Assembly: GCA_964016885.1 (NCBI GenBank)
Contig: OZ024741.1
Coordinates: 132,556,001-132,620,000, forward strand
Direction of reading: 5' to 3'
DNA from: Eledone cirrhosa
Lineage: Eukaryota
Length of the DNA: 64,000 bases
Every line of letters begins with the position of its first letter. Within the stretch, counting starts at the first letter, position 1. Under the pieces are notes generated by a model. That model was not told where the DNA came from. It worked only from the letters and a program-made list of their open reading frames with translations, and searched no databases. The translations under genes and the position numbers were made by a program. This document shows positions 1 to 14,897 of the stretch, piece after piece.

Positions 1-820
1 ACTGGCAGGTGTAGGATCAGTTGGCTGGGATTTGCAGACGACATTGTATTACTTAACTCGTCAGAAGGTGATCTTTGACAAGCACTTGATAGGATTAATG
101 CCAAGTGATGCATGGCTGGAATGTAAATCAGTGCTGCGAAGACTGAGACACTCGTCGTCTCAAGGAAGCCTGCGCAGTGCATCCTACAAGTAAATGGAGT
201 TCTACTGAAGCACGTAAAGAAATTCAAGTATCTCAGGGCCGTGTGTTCACGAGTAATGGAAGGCAGGTGGCGGCTGAATTAAGTGCAATAATTGCAGGAG
301 CTGGTCCAGCTTCAACATTCGGTAATCAGAAGAAGGGGTGGAGGTGCAAATTTCAAACTCGCTATTTTCAATTCGGTATTCGTGCCAGCCCTTATCTATA
401 GCCAGGAATCTATGTTTTGCGGCATATAGTTACGACCCTTTACGATTGCGAATTCAAGCAGCTGAAATGGGGTTCCTCCGATGGGTCTTTGGAGTAACGT
501 TACTCGATAAAGTGCGTAGCTCGGAGATCAGAGTGTCACTCCAGGTAGAGCCGCTAGTTCTCAAAATTGAAAGATCACAGCTTCGATACTATAGGCATGT
601 GGTTAGAATGTTTCAAGAAAGAAACGCTGAACAGATTTTACGAGGCAAACGAACCGGTAGGAGACCCAGGGGTAGACACCGAGCAAATTGGCTGGATCTG
701 TTGGTCTCGCTTGGGTTTCGAGCCGGATCATTTGGAGGCGGTTGCTTCTGACAGGACCCGCTGGAAGGAGTGTTTAAGGATTCTACCCAACGACCCTCTC
801 AGGAATAAGTGGGCGAAGAA
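1..820 (+). mobile_element. RTE-clade LINE, degenerate 3' part (RT thumb and C-terminus)
   Basis: Frames give ISAAKTETLVVSRKPAQCILQVNG..KFKYL and RIQAAEMGFLRWVFGVTLLDKVRSSEIR..IERSQLRYYRHVVRM..GRRPRGR, typical of RTE ORF2. Frameshifted. Confidence 0.85.
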
Positions 821-829
821 GAATTGTGA

Positions 830-1050
830 GGGTGATAGATTAGCAGTATCGGTAGAGCGTCGGAAAATGTTTTGCGATATATAGCTACGTCCCTTCACGT
901 TCTGATTCAAAAACCTATCGAGGTTAAGCTTTGCCTTTCATCCTTACAGGGTTAATAAAATAAAGTAACAGTAACGCACTGGGGTCGATTTAATCGACTT
1001 TCCCCTTCCCTTCAAATTGCTGGCCTTGTGCCTAAATCAGAAACAATTAT
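830..1050 (+). mobile_element. tRNA-derived SINE family A (diverged copy)
   Basis: Head GCAGTATCGGTAGAG, central CTTTGCCTTTCATCCTTAC..AATAAAGTA, tail AATTGCTGGCCTTGTGCCTAAA..AGAAACAATTATT. More than 10 related copies in the window. Confidence 0.8.
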
Positions 1051-2440
1051 TGGAATTGGGTGAAGAATATCATCTACCATCGGAAAACTGGCAACAGTGG
1101 GCTCTCTTCTAAAGACAAGCAATCCAACAATCACTATCCTATCTTTTCCCTGTTTGGAGGGAACATAGAGTTACATTATTCAACATATCGTTGTTGTTGT
1201 TTTTTAACGTTATGGTGTGATTTGATGGTGATTTCACTGCTATTTATTGCATATCGATCAACCATATAAAGACTCTTGTTAGCTCGTTGTAGTAAAGTTA
1301 TGTATGTTGTTACTGCTATAAATGTGTTGTTGTTGCTGTTAGTCCTTTTGATGATTATGTTGTTTTTGTTATTATTTTTATGATGGTGTTTTTGTGGCTA
1401 TTTTTGTTGATGTTGTTATTGTTACTGTTGTTGTTGCCGCTGCTGTTATTGTTGTTGTTGATGTTCTTGCTGTCATGGTTACATGATATTTGTTTTCAGT
1501 TTCAGTCCTTGGGGTGTGTCTCAAACGCCAGAGTGAGTCACTGGCATAAAAGTATTATGAGAAACTATAGAGAACCTCTGGCAGTTTTATGGACGTTGCT
1601 CAATACCTTCTCAACTTTTGCCTCTCGTAAATAACTGAATGGAAAGGACTTACACCTCCTTGTATGACTTAGATCTATTAAGAATTTTGTTAATTATGTA
1701 TGTTATTATAAAATGCCATTTATTTCTCCCGCGTAAAATGCCACAAATCCAATCTCGTGTGTTCACGCCCAGTTGTTCTTCCTCTTCTTTTTCCTCTTCT
1801 TCTCCTTCTTGTAGTTGTCGTTGTTATTGCCGTCGTCATCATTATGTATGAAGTGTCACACGTATTTAGAAGCAAAACATTGAAGTCCCAATGGTAGTGC
1901 CCATCTGTCTGTATTGTTACTAACGCCTCGGGTATTTAGTTGTTCCCTTGGGGGACATCAATCAGAATACTGGTTTGAAATTTTTTTCTCGCATGTGCAG
2001 TACTTGGGAACAAAAGTTGAGTTGCTGGAGAGAATGTTTACAACGAAAAAAGAAAAGGGAAAGAAGAGGAACTGAAATAGCAAAGGGGGGAGTTGTGATA
2101 GGGTGGCAAACTCTTCACCCCAGTATATCTTAACTGTGCCCCGCGGACAAAATAACGAATGCATTGACATAGAGAATAACCAGCGACACCCGCTGCATCA
2201 GACATTCCAACATTCATGCGGGGTGAATTGAGAGAATTAGAAGTGAAAAACAACGTCATGTATCCATAGTTACGTGTGTATAATTATTGTCGTATAGTGG
2301 CATATTAAATGAGTCGGAAAGAATGCTTTGCGGTATTTGTTCCGACTCTCTGCTCTCTAAGTTCAAATCACGCCAAGGTCAACTTAGACTTTCATTCTTT
2401 CAAGGTCGATAAAAAAAGTCCTAGTCTAGTACTAGAGGCG

Positions 2441-2442
<2 letters not shown>

Positions 2443-2520
<78 letters not shown>
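2443..2520. repeat. (CT)n microsatellite
   Basis: Direct observation. Confidence 0.95.
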
Positions 2521-2522
<2 letters not shown>

Positions 2523-2850
2523 TCTCTGGAAGAAATCGGTCGTGTTCAGATCTGGAGAGGGATGGGCCCTGTCAGGCTTAAAATGTTACTACGGGACCCC
2601 TACGACTCCATCAGGTTTTACGTTATCATACCGTACCATACCATTTATTGCAGCAAATTGGTAGAGTCGTTAGAGCATCAGTCTAGTACTAGAGTTTATT
2701 CTTTCTCTATAGCTCTGGGTTACTTCTCTCTTGCTCTTTCTTTCTCTGGAAAAATCCTCTGTTCAGATATGAAGAGGAATGGGCTTCGCTAGGTTTTAAA
2801 ATGCTCAAGTTACGGTGACACCCCTATAAATCCATCAGATGTTAAGGGCC
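2521..2850 (+). repeat. Dispersed repeat in two diverged tandem copies, related to 28120-28230 and 58380-58460 (-)
   Basis: Shared CTCTGGAA(G/A)AAATC..GTTCAG..AAAATG..CCCCTACGACTC motif. Confidence 0.55.
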
Positions 2851-3329
2851 TATGTAACATTACTGTGTGTATGTATGTGTGTTTACTCGCTGTATCTGTG
2901 TGTTCGTTCTGCCATGCCTAACAGAAATCAACAGATGCTTGTTGGTAGTTATTGATGCCGGATGACCAGATGGTCAAGAAGTCCGAATTTCAATTGCATA
3001 GCATGACAACACAGGAAAGTGTCATTTATCATAGCCTCAGGTCGTGTGAATGTAACTAGGTAGACGAAAACTATTTGGAAGCCCATTGGATGAACTTTAC
3101 TGTTAATTCAAAGGGCCAGCCATATCGCACACAGAGTTACGTTGAATCTCCCTGAGAATTATTTTATGAGTACACGTGCCGGTGAAATACTCAGTCGCTT
3201 ACACGTTAATAACCGGAATATGCTGCAGACACGTTGATCGAACAACTGGAACATTCATCGTCGAAACCGACGGATACGATCCTCACAGACGATCCTCACA
3301 GACGAAACAATTTCTACACACACACAGAT

Positions 3330-3420
3330 ACACATACATACATACATACATACATACATACATACATACATACATACATACATACATACATACATACATA
3401 CATACATACATACATACATA
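3330..3420. repeat. (TACA)n microsatellite, 5' flank of Dong element
   Basis: Direct observation. Confidence 0.95.
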
Positions 3421-5025
3421 CCGATATCTGATGAGGACTGCTACAGATACCTGGGGATAGATGAGAACATATCCTATAATGGTATCTGTAATAAAGAACG
3501 CGTAACCAGGGAATACTACACCCGATTAAGAAAGATCTGGTCATCGGAACTCTCTGCGCAAAACAAAACAGTGTGTTTGCTGTGCCTGTCCTAACACCAA
3601 CGTTTGGAATACTCAATTGGACGATAGACGAAATCCGAGCAGTTGATGTTGGAACTCGAAAAATACTGAACAACATCGGAAACTTCCACATCAACAGTGA
3701 CATAGACCGCCTTTACTTGAAACGTAAGCAGGGAGGCAGAGGCCTAACATCAGTCCAGACAACATTTGAATGTCGCATCATATCTCTCCGACAACATCTA
3801 CGAACCTCGAAGCGTAGGAGCCTGCTTCTCGAGCAAGTCTATCTGCATGAAACAGATAACATCATGAGAGTTGGGAAGGAACTCCTTGATAGATATTCCC
3901 TGTGTGATAATCAAAAACTCACACCCAGGGATGTCGCTCAGCAGTATCGCAGTGAATCCATGGATGAAAAACTGCATGCCTATCAGCAAAAATCATGCAT
4001 GGATATGTTGCCAGGAAACTCCAGAGTGAGAGTAATATAGATAAGGAAAGTAGTCTATCTTGGACCAACAACCGCTATATTGGCTCCCACTTTGAAGGAT
4101 ACGCTTTTGCAATCCAAGAACAGGAGATTAGCACGAAATACCTGATTCACAAAAGAGATAGGGATGCAGGCAAAACACCTAGATGTGATAACAAGTGCAG
4201 ACTCTGCAGAACTAACATCGAGGATATCACCCATGTCATCAGCAGCTGTCCAAAGATGTCATCGCGGTACTATCTACCTATGAGGCATGATGTAGTAGCC
4301 AAAACACTGTACAATGCAGTTCGTAAAAAAGATAGCCCCGATAATAAACACATTAAAAGCTACAACAATGTGGAAGACATCCATGTACATAATATGAAAG
4401 AGTACTGGTGGAATGTTCCAGTAAAAACCCCAATAAAATGCAGGCATAACAGACCAGATATTATGATATGGGACAGGGAGAAGAAAACATGCACATTAGT
4501 GGAAATTAGCTGCCCAGCAGATGCCAATATAATATCAAAGATTAACGAAAAGGAGAATATTTATGCAGAAGTGATGAGAAATCTGCAGATACTCCACCCT
4601 GATTACACCTTCAGATTTATGCCTGTGATTATTGGGGCACTGGGGTATGTTAGTAACTGCCTCAATACAAATCTTGAGAAGCTAGGCTTCACAGGAACAG
4701 AAGAACACAACTAGTTAGGAAACTACAAGTACAATCCATTAATGGAACAGTAAAAATATGTAAAACATTCCAAAAGTTTTGCATCTAATAACTGCATATA
4801 CACATGTACAGATACAATGCATATACACATGCACACATACAACTCAAAACATCCACATCCACACATACAATAACATCCATATCTACACATGCATGCATAC
4901 ATATATACCTAGTTGATGTTGTGTAAATTCCAATGAGAGAGTCTTGTGTCTATGTTAGAAACCGGCTCTCTCTCTCTATTGGTAAAACTTTGTGAAATTA
5001 TAAAACCAGAAGAACATACATACAT
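3421..5025 (+). mobile_element. Dong/R4-clade non-LTR retrotransposon family 1, 5'-truncated, with REL endonuclease
   Basis: YRYLGI (RT motif 7) near 3445, DRLYLKRKQGGRGL, CCHC knuckle CRLC..HVISSC, RHD, RPD..VEISCP..K..Y, PVIIGALG. The 3' UTR ends in GAAGAA(CATA)n. Frameshifts split ORFs 3573-4040 and 3995-4714. Confidence 0.92.
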
Positions 5026-5630
5026 GGTGGCTGCCAACTCGTTTTCGAGTACGGCCACTACTTTATATCCATGTAGGAGAACCCCTACCGATGCGCTGAA
5101 CGAGTTTGACTTTTTAGTCCAGCCAGCGACTTGAAAACTCTGGTACAAACACTACACTTGTGACAATTATTGACATCTAGTTCTGGGCCCATGGTACCAT
5201 GTGACGACAAGTGCAGAGAGATCTCCAGATATAAAGCAATGCCTGTGCCGTGAAGCTTTTATAGTTAGCAAAGGCACTGCACAAAGCCAGTCCCACTCTC
5301 TTAACCAAGATGATATTTACCAAAAAGAAGAACAAGTCAGCATCATTGGATACCATCAGGGTTGCAGGTGTTGTATCAGAGTTTTCCTTCTCCTAGAATT
5401 CTGCCTTGACAAAGGCTAAGGGGTCATCTCTCCCGGTGATTTTGGATGGCCATTGACTCTTAAGAGCTCCTTTGCCCTTTGACAGGTTTTGTTTTTAGTC
5501 CTGCAGGATGTCCAAAGTCACCCTCCTCACCAAGAAACCTTTTGTGGGGTTGCCAGTTTAGCCGCCAACGACCCGACCATGAGACAGGTTGTACTGGTAT
5601 ACATGTTACCAGTAGCACCAACTGGTGACC
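5026..5630 (-). mobile_element. Non-autonomous ~600-bp retroelement 'X' with RTE-like 5' UTR signature and (ATGT)n tail
   Basis: Related copies at 10841, 23769 and 59830. Contains TCTAGGAGAAGGAAAACTCTG. No long ORF. Flanked by (TACA)n. Confidence 0.7.
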
Positions 5631-5651
5631 ATACATACATACATACATACA

Positions 5652-5744
<93 letters not shown>

Positions 5745-6085
5745 TGTGTGTGAGTGTGTGTGTATCTATGTCAGTGCTGGCTGGCTATCAATCGATTCGA
5801 TGATGGTGTTGCTTCTCTCCATCATATATATATATATGTATATATGTATGTATGTATGTTTATATGTGTGTATGTATGTGTGTGTGTATGTATGTATCCA
5901 TTGCGCCCCTGATGAACGGATGAACACGCAGATGTGAAGTAAGTCCAATATGTGAAAAACAGTGTATAAATAAATTAAGGAATAAATAAACATACAATAC
6001 GGCCATGCTATTTCCCAAATAGATTTCTGCAGATCATTTTTCAAAGTGAAGTCCAATCATGCATATAAAGAGTGGCATTTTGTGG

Positions 6086-6146
<61 letters not shown>

Positions 6147-6319
6147 TTAATAAAGAACGAGAGAGAAAAACATTGACCTAACATCAAAGATGCCACGTCT
6201 ACCTGATAGATGTAGTGAGAGACAATATATACGATTGCCAGTCGATATATTTAATGTAATATATGTTTCGTTTTAAAGGGTACGTATCAACGTAAGGTAT
6301 GTATGCATGTACGGCATTA

Positions 6320-6615
<296 letters not shown>

Positions 6616-7479
6616 GTCAGTCGCATACACATTCATAAATACATGAGATCAGTTGTTCACATATGTTCATGTACACTGCCATCTATTAATGTACACACAC
6701 TGACACACATACTCACGCACTTTACCATTACAAAACATCTGTTTGTGTACCGAAACCTTTTGCGAACAAGATCAATATGCGGCCTGGGTACAGTTGAATG
6801 ATTAATCAGTAGTGTGACGTCATTTGACATAGATACTGTGATAAAATGATAACGTAATGTTTTACATGTGTGAATAGACAACACAGAAGTGTTCGTGCTC
6901 ATGTCGTCTACTTGATTGGAATCTCATTCGTGAAGGTTTTTTTTTTTTTTTTCATTCCCACGGGAAGGTTCGAATAGCCTCACGAGGAAAACCTATGCGT
7001 GGTCACTCAACATGCTAGAAATAGCAGTCAAATGTCTCTGAAGTCACAAAATTAAGTTCTCGAATTAGTTATCATAAATATATCAAACTACGGGTAAAAT
7101 ATTTTTGGGGGTGAAATAATTTATTGAAGCTACATTTGCCCAAAGGCAACAGAAGTCAACTTATTTGAGGTAGTCCCTATACATTCAAGGATGCAAGAAA
7201 TTAAGTCTTTGTATAAACATGTCGACCAATATTCAAATAGAGTACAATGTGTGATGTGTAAATAACTGGAGGCATGAACACAGCAGCAAAGTATAAATAT
7301 GTAAGTATGTATGGACCCGTATCTCCTGTTGGAGACGTAGGGACGCCGTAATGGTATGCGGCGTTTCTTGGGAATGTTTTAAGCCTGTCGGGGTCTAGGT
7401 TTGAATACAGCAGATTTCTTTCAAAGAATGATTTAGAATGAAAGAGAGAAAGTGATAAAGAGATATAGAGGAAGAATCA

Positions 7480-7610
7480 ACCCTAGTACTAAACTGGAAC
7501 ATTTTTTATCGACCTTGAATGGATGAATGGCAAAGTTGACCTCAGCGAGATTTGAATCCATAGAACAGAAAGCCGTAATGATCGCAAAGCATTCTATCCG
7601 ACGTTCAAAT
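7480..7610 (-). mobile_element. SINE family A, degenerate
   Basis: TTTTATCGACC..GGATGAATGGCAAAGTTGACCTCAGCGAGATTTGAA is the reverse complement of the SINE core. Confidence 0.65.
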
Positions 7611-8039
7611 GCGAGTCATACTTTACAGTGTTGTATAATGTATTTCATGATATTAAAAAAGTGTGGTTTGACGCGGCTTGGACACACTTGATCGTTGATA
7701 TCCTCAAGCTGGGCTTAAATGAGGCCAAAATAAACAATAAGAACACCAACATACTAATTATCATTACAATCGCCACCATCACCATCAGCATCACCATTAC
7801 CAACATCATCAGCATCTCCACCACCACGACCACCATCACCACCATCACCACCATCACTACCACCACCACCACTACCATCACCAGCTCGGGAGCTATAGAC
7901 GTCACCCATTGCTCCATCTACTCTAATAGTTTACCGCTATTGGTCCGGGGTTGCCTATTCGCCAACTGCCCGCTTTTATTGCAACTAACCATCATATCTA
8001 GTGGCCGTATCGCTAGCCACCACCTGCGACACGCTCTTT

Positions 8040-9295
8040 AGCAGAATACCTCTACTTGGTGTGGCGCCAGATGGCAGAGGGACCGCTTGCTTCAATCAAG
8101 AGATCAATGATGCCATCAGAGCAAAGAATGAGGCCTACAAAGGTTGGATTGGAAATAAGTCCTCCTTCTTTCACTTGTAGTACAAGCAGGCACAAAGAGT
8201 CGCAACAGAGACAGTAAAGGCGTCAAAAGTTAAGACATGGGTGGACTTTGGGGTTAAGCTGAAATCCGAATTCAGATTAGCAAATAAAGTGCTCTGGCAG
8301 ACCATCTGCTGACTTCGTAATAAGAAGTTCTCCTCCACACCTGCTATCAGGAATGTGCCTGGGGTTCTCCTCTCTTAGGAGAGATGCATCTTCGCGAGGT
8401 GGAGAAAATATATTACTGATCTCCTAAACCCGTTCGCAACAGCATTTTTTGGTGTACACGAGGTGCATTTGGGAGCGATTCTAATCTCTCGGAGGCTGAG
8501 GTCAAAAGAGCAATTAAAGAGCTCAAATGTGACAAGGCAGTTGGAGAAGATGAAATTCGGCACGAGATGTTAAAAACCTTAAATAGAGAAGGTATTTTCT
8601 GGTTGACTCGTGTGTACCGGGTGGCCTAAATCTCTCACAATGGAAATCGGAAGTGAAAATCCCAAGTTTTTCAAAAAGGTAGACGAGAGAAATTGCTCCA
8701 ATTATAGAGAGATCTGTTTGTTAAGCCTCACCGGTAAAGTCTATTCTAAGTGTTTAGAAAAGAGATTGTCGACTTCAAGCTAGCAGATGAACAGTCTGGT
8801 TTTTGCGCCCATCGCAGCACAGCCGACACAATATTTACACTGTAGCAGTTCTTTGAGAAATCGTTTAAGTACTGCTAAAATGTGTATTCTTTATTTGTAG
8901 ACCTCAAAAAGGCATATGACCGCGCTCCACGTGACATACTGTGGAAGGTTCTTTAGGAATAGGGGATCGATCGTCAGCTTGTTGCTGCCCTGATGTCTCT
9001 ATACGAATGCCAGAGTATTTGTGTTCGGATAAATGGCGTTAAATCGAAACCATTCAATGTGGGAGTCGAACTAAGCCAAGGGTGCATACTGTCACCTCTT
9101 CTGTTCATTATTTTCAGGAACAGGATTGACATGCACAGCCGAGTTGGAAATGGTATCATGACTGGCAGAAGACACATGGGTAGATCCCGAGCAAGATCGT
9201 TGGATAGCATCCATGAGCTCGGCTTGTCTTGCTTTGGGATCCAGCCGGATCAGTTGAAAATGGTTGCTTCTGATAGGATCTGCTGGAAGGATATA
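8040..9295 (+). mobile_element. RTE-clade LINE fragment (linker, RT N-terminal half, internal deletion, 3' end)
   Basis: Frames show KAVGEDEI, NYREICLLSLTGKVY, FVDLKKAYDR and VELSQGCILSPLLFIIF. The 3' end resembles 690-790. Confidence 0.85.
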
Positions 9296-9439
9296 TATAC
9301 ATATATTACGCAACATTATGTATATTTATTTATTTTTTTTTGTAGCAAATATGTATTATTAGCACGGATTCTGCTTTCTGCCTTATACGGGATCGTCTGT
9401 GTTAATAGTAAATATATGTGTATGTGTTTGTATGTACGT

Positions 9440-10793
9440 ATGTATGTATGTTCTTCTGGTCTTATAATTTCACAAAGTTTTACCAATAGAGAGAGAGTCG
9501 GTTTCTCACATAGACACAAGACTCTCTCATTGGAATTTACACAACATCAACTAGGTAGATTATGTATGTATGTATGCATGTGTAGATATGGATGTTGTTG
9601 TATGTGTGGATGTGTATGTTTTGAGTTGTATGTGTGCATGTGTATATGCTTTGCATCTGCACATGTGTATATGCAGTTATTAGATGCAAAGTTTTTGGAA
9701 TGTTTTACATATTTTTACTGTTCCATTAATGGATTATACTTGTAATTTCCTAACTAGTTGTGTTCTTTCTGTTCCTGTGAAGCCTAGATTCTCAAGATTT
9801 GTATTGAGGCAGTTACTAACATACCCCAGTGCCCCAATAATCACAGGCATAAATCTGAAGGTGTAATCAGGGTGGAGTATCTGCAGATTTCTCATCAGTT
9901 CTGCATAAATATCCTCCTTTTCACTAATCTTTGATGTTATATTGGCATCTGCTGGGCAGCTAATTTCCACTACTCTGCGTGCTTTCTTCTCCCTGTCCCA
10001 TATCAAAATATCTGGTCTGTTATGCCTGCATTTTATTGGAGTTTTACTGGAACATTCCACCAGTACTCTTTCATATTATGTACATGGATGTCTTCCACAT
10101 TGCTGTAGCTTTTAATGTGTTTATTATCGGGGCTATCCTTTTTACGAACTGCATTGTACAATGTTTTGTCACTACATCATGCCTCATAGGTAGATAGTAC
10201 CGCGATGACATCTTTGGACAGCTGCTGATGAAATGGGTGATATCCTCGATGTTAGTTCTGCAGAGTCTGCACTTGTTATCACATCTAGGTGTTTTGCCTG
10301 CATCCCTATCTCTTTTGTGAATCAGGTATTTCGTCTTAATCTCCTGTTCTTGGATTGCAAAATCGTATCCTTCAAAGTAGGAACCAATATAGCGGTTATT
10401 GGTCCAATATAGACTACTTTCCATATCTATATTACTCTCACTCTGGAGTTTCCTGGTAACATATCCATGCATGATTTTTTTGCTGATAAGCATGCAGTTT
10501 TTCATCCAAGGATTCACTGCGATACTGCTGAGCGACTTCCCTGGGTGTGAGTTTTTTATTATCACACTGGGAATATCTCTCGATGAGTTCCTTCCCAACT
10601 CTCATGATGTTATTTGTTTTATGCAGATAGACTTGCTCGAGAAACGGGCTCCTACGCTTCGAGGTTCGTAGATGTTGTCGGAGAGATATGATGCGACATT
10701 CAAATGTTGTCTGGACTGATGTTAGGCCTCTGCCTCCCTGCTTACGTTTCAAGTAAAGGCGGTCTATGTCACTGTTGATGTGGAAGTTTCCGG
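9440..10793 (-). mobile_element. Dong/R4 family 1, second copy, inverted relative to 3421-5025
   Basis: Near-identical reverse complement of ~3680-5020. ORFs 10438-10752, 10071-10598 and 9734-10060 carry CCHC and REL motifs. (TATG)n on both sides. Confidence 0.92.
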
Positions 10794-10840
10794 TGTGTAT
10801 GTATGTATGTATGTATGTATGTTTTTATGTATGTATGTCG

Positions 10841-11455
10841 GGTCAATCTTGAGTGCTACTGGTAACATGTAACCCAGTACAACTTGACGCATGGTCGTGT
10901 CGTCAGCGACTAAACCGGCAACCCCACCAAGTTTACTTAGTGAGGAGGGTGATTTTGGATACCCTGCAGGGCAAAAAACAAAACCTGACAAAGGGCGGAA
11001 GAACACGTAAGAGTCAACGGCCATCCATAAATATGTATAAAAACATGTACATATGTATGTATATGTATATATGTATATGCATGTGTGCATCTGTGTGTAT
11101 ATGCGCGGGGACACAGAAATAGTCGGGCTGGACACCCGATCGCGCAGGTAAACCACTGGGAGTGAAAGACCCCTAGTCTTTGTCAGGGCATTCTTCTAGG
11201 AGAAGGCAACTCAGGAAACTGACATAACTCCAAAATAAAACATGCGGCTCAGTAGTTACCGATGATGTTGATGATGTTTTCTTATTTTCGGGTTATAACT
11301 ACTGTCGCTCAGAGAGTGGGATTGGCTCAGTGCACAGTCTTTCCTCACTTTAAAAAAATCTTCACGTACAGGCATTGCACGATAGAATTAATTAATAATT
11401 ATTAATAATGGTATATCGTGCAATGGCCATACTCGATAACGAGGGGGCAGCCATC
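10841..11455 (+). mobile_element. Non-autonomous element X, subfamily 2
   Basis: GGTC..TGCTACTGGTAACATGTAACCCAGTA leader, TCTAGGAGAAGGCAACTC, end GGCAGCCATC(ATGT)n. Confidence 0.7.
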
Positions 11456-11648
11456 ATGTATGTATGTGTGTACGAGGAAAGTAAACGAAACACATGCCAT
11501 GATGGATTAATCAATAAAACTGACTGACTAGTGAATCAGTCATTAAGAATAATAGACGTAAAGTAACGTAAAGTAACGTAAACGTTTGAATTATACGCCT
11601 CAAATATCGTGCAACCAGCGTAAAACTCGAGTAGTAGTTAAATAATTC

Positions 11649-11724
<76 letters not shown>

Positions 11725-11726
<2 letters not shown>

Positions 11727-13450
11727 TATTTACATATAGAATATGAATTCCTAGATTTCATGTTTATATATAATATACATTCCTATATTTCATATTTATA
11801 TATAATGTACATTCCTATATTTCATATTTATATATAATGTACATTCCTATATTTCATATTTATATATAATGTACATTCCTATATTTCATGTTTATATATA
11901 ATGTACATTCCTATATTTCATATTTATATATAATGTACATTCCTATATTTCATGTTTATATATAATATACATTCCTATACTTCATGTTTATATATAATAT
12001 ACATTCCTATACTTCATATTTATATATAATATACATTCCTATACTTCATATTTATATATAATATACATTCCTATACTTCATATTTATATATAATATACAT
12101 TCCTATACTTCATATTTATATATAATATACATTCCTATATTTCATGTTTATATATAATATACATTCCTATACTTCATGTTTATATATAATATACATTCCT
12201 ATATTTCATATTTATATATAATATACATTCCTATACTTCATGTTTATATATAATATACATTCCTATATTTCATATTTATATATAATATACATTCCTATAC
12301 TTCATGTTTATATATAATATACATTCCTATATTTCATATTTATATATAATATACATTCCTATATTTCATATTTATATATAATGTACATTCCTATATTTCA
12401 TATTTATATATAATGTACATTCCTATATTTCATGTTTATATATAATGTACATTCCTATATTTCATATTTATGTATAATGTACATTCCTATATTTCATATT
12501 TATATATAATGTACATTCCTATATTTCATGTTTATATATAATGTACATTCCTATATTTCATATTTATGTATAATGTACATTCCTATATTTCATATTTATA
12601 TATAATGTACATTCCTATATTTCATGTTTATATATAATATACATTCCTATACTTCATGTTTATATATAATATACATTCCTATACTTCATATTTATATATA
12701 ATATACATTCCTATACTTCATATTTATATATAATATACATTCCTATACTTCATATTTATATATAATATACATTCCTATACTTCATATTTATATATAATAT
12801 ACATTCCTATATTTCATGTTTATATATAATATACATTCCTATACTTCATGTTTATATATAATATACATTCCTATATTTCATATTTATATATAATATACAT
12901 TCCTATACTTCATGTTTATATATAATATACATTCCTATATTTCATATTTATATATAATATACATTCCTATACTTCATGTTTATATATAATATACAATCCT
13001 ATATTTCATATTTATATATAATATACATTCCTATACTTCATGTTTATATATAATATACATTCCTATATTTCATATTTATATATAATATACATTCCTATAC
13101 TTCATGTTTATATATAATATACATTCCTATACTTCATGTTTATATATAATATACATTCCTATATTTCATGATTATATATAACATACATTCCTATACTTCA
13201 TGTTTATATATAATATACATTCCTATATTTCATGTTTATATATAATATACATTCCCATATTTCATATTCATATATATAATATACATTCCTATATTTCATG
13301 ATTATATATAACATACATTCCTATACTTCATGTTTATATATAATATACATTCCTATATTTCATGTTTATATATAATATACATTCCCATATTTCATATTCA
13401 TATATATAATATGAATTCTTATATTTCATATCTCTATGTAATATACATTT
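11725..13450. repeat. 32-bp minisatellite array, about 54 units
   Basis: Unit TTCAT(A/G)TTTATATATAAT(A/G)TACATTCCTATA(T/C) repeated head-to-tail. Confidence 0.95.
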
Positions 13451-13956
13451 GTATATTTCTTATTCCCTTTTATTACATTATGTTATATATATATTACCTT
13501 TTATTTTATTACTATTATTATACTGCCAACAGTTGCAACTGATACAAGATTGTATCTGCAATAGAAAGACCAATGGAAACATTGTTTCCGTGGTTCAATT
13601 TGGCGAGTCCCACCTCACTCGGTAAGTGAGGTCTGGAATATTGTCGATCAATAAAAAGAATTATTACACTATCGTATATTATATAGTATTATATTATTTC
13701 TTGTAATATTGCACTTCTGTGCATCAGCTTAGGTTTATGTGTATTTTTCAATCAGACAAAAACAGACAAAAACACTGACTGCAAATTATATTTTCTTCCA
13801 ATAACAATTACCTGAATATGTTATGGACATTCACTTGCCCTAAATAACCTTCAATTCAAAATTCATTTACGTACACATCCACTTGTATAAACCTACACGC
13901 ATACAGAGATAGATAGATAGACAGATTCGTGTATTTATATATGCGTGTGTGTGGAC

Positions 13957-14149
<193 letters not shown>

Positions 14150-14624
14150 TCTATATATATATGCATCTTTTCAGTTGCATAAGAACGTGTACACACATGA
14201 GAATACATGTACATATACAACTAATATAAAATGTCTAGTCTGATTTAATGAAATGAAAATATTTATCCATATCGGAGTTGTACTTGTCTGGCAAGTAACT
14301 TGATCTCAGACCATATGTTGAAACTAAAATGATTACAGCGTGGAACTGGTCGCAAACAGTGCGATGAACATTGTGATGCTATGAAATAACTGACAAATGT
14401 AAAGTGAATTTAATAGTTTATGTGTGTTTTTGACTCTTCCTAGATATAATTGCAATATGTATGCAGTCTTTTTTTTCTTGCGTATGAGTTAGTCTCAGGT
14501 TGTTTGTTGTTTACCTGATCAAGATCAGAGACAATTGATCGGTTTCGAGGCCGACAAACTTTGACCCCTATGTATGCAGTCAAAGGATTCATATAAATAT
14601 TTATTTCTTATTAAGACACAAGAT

Positions 14625-14790
14625 CATGGGAAAGGCAACGTTGATTGAAGCAACCCCTATACCTGACTGATACAATATTTTATCGACACTGGAAGAATCA
14701 ACGGCAAAGTTCACACGGTGGGATTTTAGTCAAAACAAATACCGCAATGCGATATTATCCGAAGCTCTAACAATTCTGCCAATCCTCCAT
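14625..14790 (-). mobile_element. SINE family A, degenerate
   Basis: TTTTATCGAC..GGCAAAGTT core in reverse orientation. Confidence 0.55.
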
Positions 14791-14897
14791 CCTAATTCAT
14801 ATAGATAACTTCTTTGACAAAGCTTGTGTGCAACAAATTTAAGAGAATATACATTATATCTTAAGCGTTCCCATAAAAGTTGTTTGCATGTATATAT

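Noticed and set aside
3428-3445. CUGAUGAGGAC hammerhead-like core
   Set aside because: It lies in the Dong reading frame (SDED) and has no stem II or GAAA.
5905-5945. CUGAUGA motif
   Set aside because: No convincing stem II or GAAA partner.
8993-9745. 250-aa ORF
   Set aside because: It is a chimera of an RTE RT fragment, flanking DNA and antisense Dong 3' UTR.
11725-13450. CRISPR-like regular repeat
   Set aside because: There are no unique spacers and no cas genes, and the context is eukaryotic. It is a minisatellite.
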